Assembly (NCBI GenBank): GCA_964437145.1
Contig: CAYTFW010000015.1
Span: 24,115 to 48,114, forward strand
Length of the DNA: 24,000 bases
Direction: 5' to 3'
From: an uncultured Rhizobiaceae bacterium
GTDB lineage: Bacteria > Pseudomonadota > Alphaproteobacteria > Reyranellales > Reyranellaceae
Of the stretch, positions 16,589-22,931 are shown piece by piece. The notes beneath the pieces are model-generated. The model worked only from the letters and a program-made list of their open reading frames with translations. It searched no databases and had not been told where the DNA came from. Position numbers and translations under genes: made by a program. Within the stretch, counting starts at the first letter, position 1, and each line of letters opens with the position of its first letter.

Positions 16589-17587
16589 ATGGCCGACGAG
16601 AAGGAATCCAAGCCCAAGCTCGAGACCGGGGTGCGCTTCGGCATGCCCGGCGCCGCCCAGGGCGCCAAGCCGATCGCCGACGAGCCGAGCGAGCCCGCGC
16701 CGAAGGAAGTGCGCTGCCGCGTGCTGCGCGAGGGCGATGAGGACATGCTCGATGCCTTCCTCGCCAGCCGATCCGACACGCACATCTTCCTGCGCTTCAA
16801 TCTGCGCCAGGGCGGGCTGGTCGACGATGGCCGCGCCTATCAGGGCACCTGGGTGGGCGCGGTCGAGGACGATCCGGATACCGACACGCAGAGCGTGAAG
16901 GCCGCCGCGGCGATCTTCGCCGATGGCCGCGTGCTCCTGCAGCTGCCCGAGCACGCCATCGCCGTGCTCGACGTGCTGGCCGCCGCCGCGCCGCGCGACT
17001 TCACCGAGGTCGCCGGCCCCACGGCGCAGGTCGAGAAAACGCTCTCGCATCTGTGGCTGCGCGACCGGCCGATCCTGCAGCGCCACGACGGCAGCGTCAT
17101 GACCGTGAGCACCGAGAGTTTGCGCGCGCCCGATGTGCTGGGCGCCGCCGGCGTCGATTTCCGCCCGCCGATGGGCGAGGAGCTGCCGTTGCTCGGCGAC
17201 TGGCACGCCGCCTTCCGCGAGGAGCTGTTCGGCATCGCACGCAACGAGGAGGCCGATCTCGAGGCGCGCCAGTGGGTGCGCCGCGCGCATGATCTGCGGC
17301 AGGGCATGGTGGTCACGGTGGGCGACAAGCCGGTGGCCTACGCCGCCGCCACCGCCAAGCTCGACGACTGCGTCAACATCGACGCGGTCTACGTGCCGCC
17401 CGATATGCGCGGTCGCGACTACGCCAAGGCCGTCGTCGCCGGCATCGTGCGCGACGCTGGGCGCGACGGCGTCACCAAGGCCTGCCTGCTCGCGGAGAAG
17501 GAACAGCCGGCTTCGATCGCCGCGTACACGGCGGTGGGATTCCAGCCGGCGTTCGACTGGACGATCGTGCGCTATCACGCGGTGTAG
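16589..17587 (+). CDS. GNAT family N-acetyltransferase (paralog of 11132..11995) with a disordered ~40-aa N-terminus
   Basis: AGGAGA lies 7 nt upstream of the ATG. ...RVLREGDEDMLDAFLASRSD... and ...IDAVYVPPDMRGRDYAKAVVAGIV...AAYTAVGFQP parallel the other GNAT over their full length. Confidence 0.75.
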   Translation: MADEKESKPKLETGVRFGMPGAAQGAKPIADEPSEPAPKEVRCRVLREGDEDMLDAFLASRSDTHIFLRFNLRQGGLVDDGRAYQGTWVGAVEDDPDTDTQSVKAAAAIFADGRVLLQLPEHAIAVLDVLAAAAPRDFTEVAGPTAQVEKTLSHLWLRDRPILQRHDGSVMTVSTESLRAPDVLGAAGVDFRPPMGEELPLLGDWHAAFREELFGIARNEEADLEARQWVRRAHDLRQGMVVTVGDKPVAYAAATAKLDDCVNIDAVYVPPDMRGRDYAKAVVAGIVRDAGRDGVTKACLLAEKEQPASIAAYTAVGFQPAFDWTIVRYHAV

Positions 17588-17611
17588 ACCCTCGATCAAC
17601 GGCGCTTGACC

Positions 17612-17635
17612 AAGGTAGCTTCCAGAAGCTACCTT
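17612..17635. promoter_or_regulatory. Palindromic operator candidate upstream of the antitoxin gene
   Basis: aaggtagcttc-ca-gaagctacctt is a perfect 11-bp inverted repeat ending 7 nt before ATG 17643. TTGACC lies just upstream (17606-17611). This layout is typical of TA autoregulation sites. Confidence 0.5.
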
Positions 17636-17642
17636 CTGGTTC

Positions 17643-17933
17643 ATGCGCGCCGTCGGCCTGAAAACTCTGAAGAACAAGCTCAGCGAGTACGTTCGCCTCG
17701 CGGCGGGCGGCGAGACCGTGCTGGTCACCGACCGCGAACGGGTGGTGGCTGAGCTGGTGCCGCCGCGCGCCGGGCGCGACGCTTTTGTCGCCGACGCCTT
17801 GTTGGCCGACGCGGTGCGGCAGGGCGTCATCCGGCCGCCGCTGATTGTCGGCGGCCCGCCGCCGCCGCGCCAACCCGTCGCGTCCCACGACGCGCTCATG
17901 GAAGAGTTGCGGCGGGACCGGGAAGACCGGTGA
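17643..17933 (+). CDS. Type II antitoxin, Phd/YefM (prevent-host-death) family
   Basis: 96 aa. MRAVGLKTLKNKLSEYVRLAAGGETVLVTDRERVVAELVP is a Phd/YefM N-terminal fold signature. Its stop overlaps the toxin start (GTGA at 17930-17933). Confidence 0.8.
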   Translation: MRAVGLKTLKNKLSEYVRLAAGGETVLVTDRERVVAELVPPRAGRDAFVADALLADAVRQGVIRPPLIVGGPPPPRQPVASHDALMEELRRDREDR

Positions 17934-18316
17934 TCTATCTCGACACGTCGGTCGCGCTGGCTCATCTCCTGAGTGAAACACGCCTGCCGCCGGCCTCGAT
18001 CTGGCAGGAAACGCTGATCGCGAGCCGACTCCTGGAATACGAGCTCTGGACCCGAATCAACGCGCGCGGTCTTGGCCCGTCGCATGGCGAGGCGGTCCGC
18101 GCCGTGCTCGCCCGAGTCGGGCTGATCGAACTGACACCTGCGGTGCTGGCCCGTACCCTCGATCCCTTCCCCGTGCCGGTGCGCACACCGGACGCCCTGC
18201 ATCTGGCCTCGATTGAGTATTTGCGCGGCCGCAGCCAAGCCGTCGAGCTGGCCAGCTACGACGAGCGGATGCTGGCCGCCGCCACCGCACTGGGCATCCC
18301 GCTGCTGGCGCTGTGA
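17930..18316 (+). CDS. vapC: PIN-domain ribonuclease toxin VapC
   Basis: 128 aa with a GTG start. Acidic PIN residues are present in IYLDTS, ...LLEYELW..., ...TPDALHLAS... and ...LASYDERM.... It is translationally coupled to the antitoxin. Confidence 0.82.
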   Translation: MIYLDTSVALAHLLSETRLPPASIWQETLIASRLLEYELWTRINARGLGPSHGEAVRAVLARVGLIELTPAVLARTLDPFPVPVRTPDALHLASIEYLRGRSQAVELASYDERMLAAATALGIPLLAL

Positions 18317-18392
18317 GCCGCCACACGCGGCGAGGACTTCACCCCCGCCCCCTCGGTTCGTCCTGGACATCCCGGTTCCGCGGGCACGCTCG

Positions 18393-18773
18393 TCAATTCG
18401 CCTGCTTCGCCGGGGTCAGATGCGTCAGCACGCAACGCCAGCGTCCGTCCAGCCGGTGATACACGTCGGTGATCCATTCATCCGCCGCGATGGGCGCGCC
18501 TTGGTATGTGCCGGTGTTCTGGCCTCGCCCCGTGACCGTGGCGACGTCGCCCATGACATGAATGTGCGCCGTGGATTTTGTCATCCGATCGTGCGTGAGC
18601 GTCCCCGATCCAATGAGGCCGAGGATGAAGCTCCCCGGAATTGGACCGCGCTCGGGGGTCACCAGCACCCAGTCGGGCGTGATGCATTCGGCGATTCGAG
18701 CGGGATCGTTGGAGATCATCGCCTCGTTGAAAGCGGTCTCGGCCGCTTCCAGGGCATCGCGATCGGATGTCAT
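18393..18773 (-). CDS. SnoaL-like / DUF4440 (NTF2-fold) protein
   Basis: 126 aa starting MTSDRDALEAAETAFNEAMISNDPARIAECITPDWVLV, and ending ...DVYHRLDGRWRCVLTHLT. AAGGAG lies 7 nt upstream of the ATG at 18773. The longer track ORF extending to 19316 was rejected. Confidence 0.72.
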   Translation of the reverse strand: MTSDRDALEAAETAFNEAMISNDPARIAECITPDWVLVTPERGPIPGSFILGLIGSGTLTHDRMTKSTAHIHVMGDVATVTGRGQNTGTYQGAPIAADEWITDVYHRLDGRWRCVLTHLTPAKQAN

Positions 18774-19021
18774 GCGGACGTCTCCTTGTTCCAGCAGCGT
18801 TGCGTTTCGCTCGGGTCGACCCGCTCGATTGTCCAACTGATCGTCCAGCGATAACCGAACGGATTGAGCACTTGCGCCATGCGCTCGCCGTGACTCTGGT
18901 CGGCGAGGTCCGGCATTCGGAACACTTCCTCGGCCGCGACAGCGCGCCGATAGAAATCGATCACCTCCGCCGGCCCCTTGGTGATGAAGCGGCAGGCCGC
19001 ACTGGTGAAGTTCAGGTCCAC
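18770..19021 (-). pseudogene. VOC/PhnB-like glyoxalase-family gene, apparently internally deleted (83 codons, still an intact ORF)
   Basis: GTG start with GGAGA 6 nt upstream. The N-terminus ...AEVIDFYRRAVAAEEVFRMPD runs directly into the C-terminal ...GERMAQVLNPFGYRWTIS motif. The central ~60-70 aa expected in this family are missing. There is a 4-nt ATGA overlap with the SnoaL-like gene. Confidence 0.4.
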
Positions 19022-19043
19022 GGACTGTCTCCCCGACGACCAT

Positions 19044-19074
19044 CGTAATTACATTACGATACGTTCCGTAATTA
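19044..19074. promoter_or_regulatory. Operator-like repeats overlapping a leftward promoter
   Basis: CGTAATTA occurs at 19044 and 19067, 23 bp apart. CGTAATtacATTACG is a palindrome at 19044-19058. On the minus strand TTGATT-N17-TAATGT overlaps these sites upstream of the VOC/SnoaL genes. Confidence 0.35.
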
Positions 19075-19224
19075 ATCAATCGAGTCTCCTGGAACACATG
19101 CGCGGATGGTCGCGAGACAAAAACTCGGCGCGGTCCGGAGACAGCCAACATCCCCATGCGATCGCCAGCGGCGTTGCGTTTGTCGACGAAGTCATCAACC
19201 GCGCCGAGGCTTGTCGGAATTTCC

Positions 19225-19254
19225 TTGATAATTTCCAAAAATAGAGAAATATAA
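19225..19254 (+). promoter_or_regulatory. Candidate sigma70-type promoter of the primase/helicase operon
   Basis: TTGATA-N18-ATATAA lies in the AT-rich stretch about 37 nt upstream of ATG 19291. Two AATTTCC direct repeats flank the -35 element. Confidence 0.35.
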
Positions 19255-19290
19255 GATCTTGTCAGATGCAACCAGCCTGGTAGGTCCAGC

Positions 19291-20160
19291 ATGCCCTCAG
19301 ACAACGCCCGGTCCATCGTCGCCGCGCTCGGCGGTCGGTGGTCGTCGAATCATGGCATGTGCCGCTGTCCGGCGCACGAGGACGCCACGCCCTCGCTGTC
19401 GGTGACCGGCACGCGCGACGGGCGCGTGCTGCTGCATTGCTTCGCCGGCTGTGCGGGTCGCGACGTGATCGCGGCGCTGCGCGGCATGGGGTTGTGGTCC
19501 CAACAGTGGCCGAACCGCGCGCCGGTGCGCTTCGCGCCGGAGCGGCCCGACCAGGCGGCGCTGCGTCGTCAGCGCCGGGCGCGCGCGCTGTGGGACGCGG
19601 CCGAGCCGATCGCCGGCACCTTGGCCGAGGTCTATCTGCGCGCGCGCGGCATCACCGGCCGCTTGCCGCCCAGCCTGCGCTTCCACGCGCGGCTGGAGCA
19701 CAGCTTCCGCCTCACGGCGCATCCCGCGCTGATCGCCGCCGTGCACGATGGCGACGGCGCGATCACGGCGATCCAGCGCATCTGGCTGAGCGACGACGGG
19801 CGCGCCAAGGCGGCGCTCGATCCGGCCAAGGCGGGGCTGGGGCCGATGCGCGACGGCGCGGTGCGGCTCGATCCGCCGGCGCCGCTGATGGGCCTGGCCG
19901 AGGGCGTCGAGACGGCGCTGTCGGCGCGCCAGCTCTACACCCTGCCGGTGTGGGCGACGCTCGGCGCGTCGCGGCTGAAATCGGTGCGGCTGCCCGCGAC
20001 GTGCCGCGACGTCGTGATCTTCGCCGACAACGGCGAGGCGGGGCTGCGCCTGGCGCGCGAGGCCTGCGCGCGGTTCCGCGACGACGGACGCGGCGCGCGG
20101 CTGATCGCGCCGCCCCGGGCCTTCGGCGATTTCAACGACCTGGCGAGGGCCGCCGCATGA
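19291..20160 (+). CDS. Zinc-finger/Toprim domain primase-like protein (P4 alpha / DUF7146-Toprim type)
   Basis: 289 aa. The zinc-binding motif is GMCRCPAHEDATPSLSV...LLHCFAGC. The Toprim region is ...MGLAEGVETALSARQ... and ...VVIFADNGEAG.... An ATGA overlap joins it to the next gene. Confidence 0.82.
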   Translation: MPSDNARSIVAALGGRWSSNHGMCRCPAHEDATPSLSVTGTRDGRVLLHCFAGCAGRDVIAALRGMGLWSQQWPNRAPVRFAPERPDQAALRRQRRARALWDAAEPIAGTLAEVYLRARGITGRLPPSLRFHARLEHSFRLTAHPALIAAVHDGDGAITAIQRIWLSDDGRAKAALDPAKAGLGPMRDGAVRLDPPAPLMGLAEGVETALSARQLYTLPVWATLGASRLKSVRLPATCRDVVIFADNGEAGLRLAREACARFRDDGRGARLIAPPRAFGDFNDLARAAA

Positions 20161-21287
20161 AGCTCAACAATCTCGCACGCTTCGACACCATCGATCCGCG
20201 CGACTGGCAGGGCAAGCCGGTACCGCCGCGGCGCTGGCTGGTGCCCGACATGCTGATCCGCGGCTACGTCACCCTGCTCAACGGCGATGGCGGCGTCGGC
20301 AAGTCGCTGCTGGCGCAGCAGCTCGCCACGGCGCTGGCGCTGGGCCGGCCGTTCCTCGGCATGGCGACGCAACCCAAGCCGGTGCCGGTGCTGGCGGTGT
20401 TCTGCGAGGACAGCGCCGACGAGCTGCATTTCCGCCAGGACCGCATCAACGCCCATCTCGGCTGCGGCATGGACGATCTCGGTCATCTCACCCTGGTCAG
20501 CCGCGTCGGCCAGGCCAACGAGCTGATGGTCTTCGGCCGCCACGATGTCGGCGAGGAGACCGCCTTCTACCAGCAGCTCGACACGCGCATCCGCGACAGC
20601 GGTGCGGAGCTGGTCATCGTCGACACCGCCGCCGACACCTTCATGGGCAACGAGATCATCCGCCCGCAGGTGCGCCAGTTCATCAACGCGCTGGCGCGGC
20701 TGGCGATGATCAACAACGGCGCCGTGCTGCTGACCGGCCATCCCTCGCTCGCCGGGCTCGCCAGCGGCTCGGGCCTCAGCGGCAGCACCGCCTGGCACGC
20801 CACCGTGCGCGGCCGACTCTATCTGACACACGCCCCCACCCTCGATGGCGGCGAGGAGGAGACCAGCGATGCCCGAATCCTGAAGCTGATGAAGAGCAAC
20901 TACGGCCCGTCGGGCAGCAAGCTCAAGCTGCGCTGGCGCGACCACGTCTTCGTGCTCGAGAACGAAGCGGGTGGCGCGCCGACCGACATCGTCGATCGTC
21001 TGGAGATCGACAACGCCGTGCTCGCCGGTCTGCGCAAGCTGGTCGGCGACGGCGCGCTGATCGCCGCCGATCCCGACGCATCCAATGGTCTCGCCACCAA
21101 GGTGCGCCGGCTGCCGTCGTGCCGGCGCTGGAACTGGGCCTCGATCGTCGCCGCGCAGGAGCGGCTGCTCGGCCGGGGCAAGATCGTCAAGGTCGAGATG
21201 GGCCCGCCGAGCAAGCGGCGGATCTACGTACGGCCGCATGACATGCGCCTGCCGGGCGAAGTCAGCGTCGGAAACGCCGAGGAGTGA
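20157..21287 (+). CDS. RepA-like AAA ATPase (AAA_25/RecA-fold replicative helicase-like) with C-terminal wHTH-like domain
   Basis: 376 aa. Walker A is LLNGDGGVGKSLLAQQ and Walker B is ELVIVDTAADTF, followed by ...LLTGHPSLAG...STAWHATVRGRLYL.... This is a typical partner of Toprim proteins in integrative elements and satellites. Confidence 0.82.
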   Translation: MKLNNLARFDTIDPRDWQGKPVPPRRWLVPDMLIRGYVTLLNGDGGVGKSLLAQQLATALALGRPFLGMATQPKPVPVLAVFCEDSADELHFRQDRINAHLGCGMDDLGHLTLVSRVGQANELMVFGRHDVGEETAFYQQLDTRIRDSGAELVIVDTAADTFMGNEIIRPQVRQFINALARLAMINNGAVLLTGHPSLAGLASGSGLSGSTAWHATVRGRLYLTHAPTLDGGEEETSDARILKLMKSNYGPSGSKLKLRWRDHVFVLENEAGGAPTDIVDRLEIDNAVLAGLRKLVGDGALIAADPDASNGLATKVRRLPSCRRWNWASIVAAQERLLGRGKIVKVEMGPPSKRRIYVRPHDMRLPGEVSVGNAEE

Positions 21288-21305
21288 GCGCCGATGCCGA
21301 CCGAC

Positions 21306-21424
21306 CTTCCGACGATCTTCCGACGATCTTCCGACGGGGTTCCAACGGGGTACCGACGTCTTCCGACGGGGTACCGACGGGGGCTTCCGACGGGGTTCCA
21401 ACCCCCTTCCGACGGGGTTCCAAC
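21306..21424. repeat. Iteron-like direct repeat array
   Basis: TTCCGACG starts at 21307, 21318, 21329, 21361, 21385 and 21407, giving spacings of 11, 11, 32, 24 and 22 bp. The longer unit CTTCCGACGGGGTTCCAAC occurs three times (21328, 21384, 21406), with variant CTTCCGACGGGGTACCGAC at 21360. The array lies immediately downstream of the RepA-like gene. Confidence 0.6.
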
Positions 21425-21431
21425 GTCCCCC

Positions 21432-21466
21432 GCTTTCCCCCACCCCTTAAGGGGGTGGGGGAAAGC
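21432..21466. other. G/C-tract palindrome adjacent to the iterons (origin-associated hairpin or terminator)
   Basis: gctttcccccacccctt / aagggggtgggggaaagc has 17/18-nt arms with no loop and one bulged base. A second inverted repeat, agatcaag-N23-cttgatct (21470-21508), follows. Confidence 0.55.
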
Positions 21467-21536
21467 TTCAGATCAAGACGCTCTCGCTGTCGCTTCGCGC
21501 CTTGATCTTCAAGCCCGACCCTCGACGGACCTGCCG

Positions 21537-21917
21537 ATGACCCACCACCGCCCGCAACCCAACGCGCTGCACGCGCCCGTGCTCGAGGAGGAATTCCTCG
21601 AGGGTCACGCGATGCTGCACGGTCTGACGCATACCGACGCCAAGCGCCTGCGCGCGCTGATGCTGGAGACGCTCGGCGACGCCTTCGGCTACGACCCGGC
21701 GCTGCCCGAGCGCATCCTGCTGCGCATGGGCGCGCTGGCCGAGATCTGGCGGCATCCGCTGATGGAGGCATGGAAGCCCGCGCCCGCCTCGCCGCGGCTG
21801 GGCGACACCGCGCTCCGCGTCGCCGCCACCCATCCGCTGACCCCCGGCGGCTGGTTCGACGACTACAGCTTCTTCGAGGAGATGCTGCGCCGGATGAACA
21901 GCGAAGGCAGCGCTTGA
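21537..21917 (+). CDS. Hypothetical protein of the integrated element
   Basis: 126 aa starting MTHHRPQPNALHAPVLEEEF. GC3 is high from 21537 onward. The track ORF's upstream part (21294-21536) overlays the iterons and has many A/T third positions. No recognisable family. Confidence 0.55.
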   Translation: MTHHRPQPNALHAPVLEEEFLEGHAMLHGLTHTDAKRLRALMLETLGDAFGYDPALPERILLRMGALAEIWRHPLMEAWKPAPASPRLGDTALRVAATHPLTPGGWFDDYSFFEEMLRRMNSEGSA

Positions 21918-21947
21918 GATGGCGCGGTCGCGTGCTAGCGTCGCGCC

Positions 21948-22649
21948 ATGTGCGGCAAGTTCACGGCCCAGGCATCCTGGAGCGAGGTGGTCGACTTCTC
22001 GCAGCCGCTCACGGCGCGCGGCGGGGATGGCGACGCGGGCGGCGGCGATGGTGGCGACGACGAGATCGTCACCTATCGCGTCAACGCCATGGTGCCGGTC
22101 ATCGTCTGGGACGCCGAGGCGCGCCAGCGCCGCGTGGTGCGCATGCGCTGGGGCTTTCCCTCGCCCAGGGACTGGCGCCGCCCGCAGCCGATCCACGCGC
22201 GCGCCGAGACCATCGACACGCGCGAGCCGTTCCGCTCGCCCTTCCACGCCGGCCAGCGCGGCATCGTCGTCTTCCGCACCTTCAACGAGGGCGAGGAGAT
22301 CGTGAAGCCCAGCGGCAAGACCGAGGTCCGGCAATGGACGATCGATCCGCGCGACGGACAGCCGCGCGGCTTCGCCTTCGTCTGGCGGCGCTTCGACATC
22401 GCCGAATTCCCGGCGCCGATGCTGGCCTGCGTCATGGCGACGGTGCCGGCCAACGCGCTGATCCGCGAGACCATCAAGGCCACCGAGGACGACCCGCGCA
22501 TGCCGGCGATCCTCGAGGACGCGGCGTGGGAGACCTGGCTGGGCGAGGACGGCGCCGCGCCGGCGATGGCCAAGGCGGCGCTGAGGACCATGGAGGGCGT
22601 GAACTGGCGGTCGGCGCTGGAGCCGAAGAAGCCGAGGGCGCGCCGATAG
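21948..22649 (+). CDS. SOS response-associated peptidase (SRAP/YedK family, abasic-site DNA-protein crosslinking)
   Basis: 233 aa. N-terminal MCGKF supplies the catalytic Cys2. It also carries ...MRWGFPSP..., ...IHARAETI... and ...RGIVVFRTFNEG.... A Gly/Asp-rich insert (GGDGDAGGGDGGDD) follows the first strand. Confidence 0.88.
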   Translation: MCGKFTAQASWSEVVDFSQPLTARGGDGDAGGGDGGDDEIVTYRVNAMVPVIVWDAEARQRRVVRMRWGFPSPRDWRRPQPIHARAETIDTREPFRSPFHAGQRGIVVFRTFNEGEEIVKPSGKTEVRQWTIDPRDGQPRGFAFVWRRFDIAEFPAPMLACVMATVPANALIRETIKATEDDPRMPAILEDAAWETWLGEDGAAPAMAKAALRTMEGVNWRSALEPKKPRARR

Positions 22650-22750
22650 CGCACCACGGGACTTTTGTTCCTTAGGCACCCAAGAACGCAAGATAGATTC
22701 AAATTCCCGCGCGTTTCCTATATTCTTTCAACACCAATGGAGGATGATCG

Positions 22751-22930
22751 ATGGCCAAGCCAAAGAGGGAGCAGTCGGACGCCGTACGAACCGTGGACCT
22801 GACCCCCTATATCGGCGGTCACATAGAAGCGAAGAATGAGCGCCTACTCGCAATACTTGAGAAACTGAGTGCGCAATCGGACAAGAAGGTTATTGTAACC
22901 AGCTATCCGGCTTGCAACTCAGAGGAATAG
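22751..22930 (+). CDS. Small hypothetical protein (59 aa), below the ORF-track length cutoff
   Basis: Hand translation gives MAKPKREQSDAVRTVDLTPYIGGHIEAKNERLLAILEKLSAQSDKKVIVTSYPACNSEE*. A perfect GGAGGA lies 6 nt upstream of ATG 22751. The stop TAG (22928-22930) is 1 nt before the protease ATG, and the protease RBS AGAGGA lies inside its last codons. It has the same low-GC codon usage as the protease gene. Confidence 0.5.
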   Translation: MAKPKREQSDAVRTVDLTPYIGGHIEAKNERLLAILEKLSAQSDKKVIVTSYPACNSEE

Positions 22931-22931
22931 C

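Noticed and set aside
15458-18370. 970-aa minus-strand ORF spanning the SBP, GNAT and vapBC region, and similar ones at 13098..14078, 10865..11935, 19935..21443 and 21468..22691
   Set aside because: For the same reason, these are antisense shadows of well-supported plus-strand genes. They have no domain signatures and an R/G/A/D/H-dominated composition.
18317-18392. Possible tRNA fragment or att site (cggttcg...) between vapC and the SnoaL-like gene
   Set aside because: It has only a 6-7 nt resemblance to a T-arm. No cloverleaf can be drawn, and no matching direct repeat is found elsewhere in the window.
18774-19316. Upstream part of track ORF 18393..19316 and plus-strand ORF 18978..19244 (88 aa) in the AT-rich junction
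   Set aside because: There are no recognisable motifs. They overlap the VOC-like gene and the promoter/operator region, and codon bias is poor. They may include a decayed regulator remnant, but I cannot support a call.
21290-21470. Direct repeats considered as a CRISPR array
   Set aside because: The repeat units are 8-19 bp, overlapping or abutting, with no uniform 25-40 bp spacers and no cas genes. The pattern fits iterons rather than CRISPR.
21294-21536. N-terminal extension of the hypothetical protein (track ORF 21294..21917, with GAGGAG 9 nt upstream)
   Set aside because: The extension coincides exactly with the repeat array and palindromes and is open in several frames on both strands. 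About 40% of third codon positions are A/T, against a strong GC3 bias from 21537 onward. An annotation pipeline might still choose 21294.
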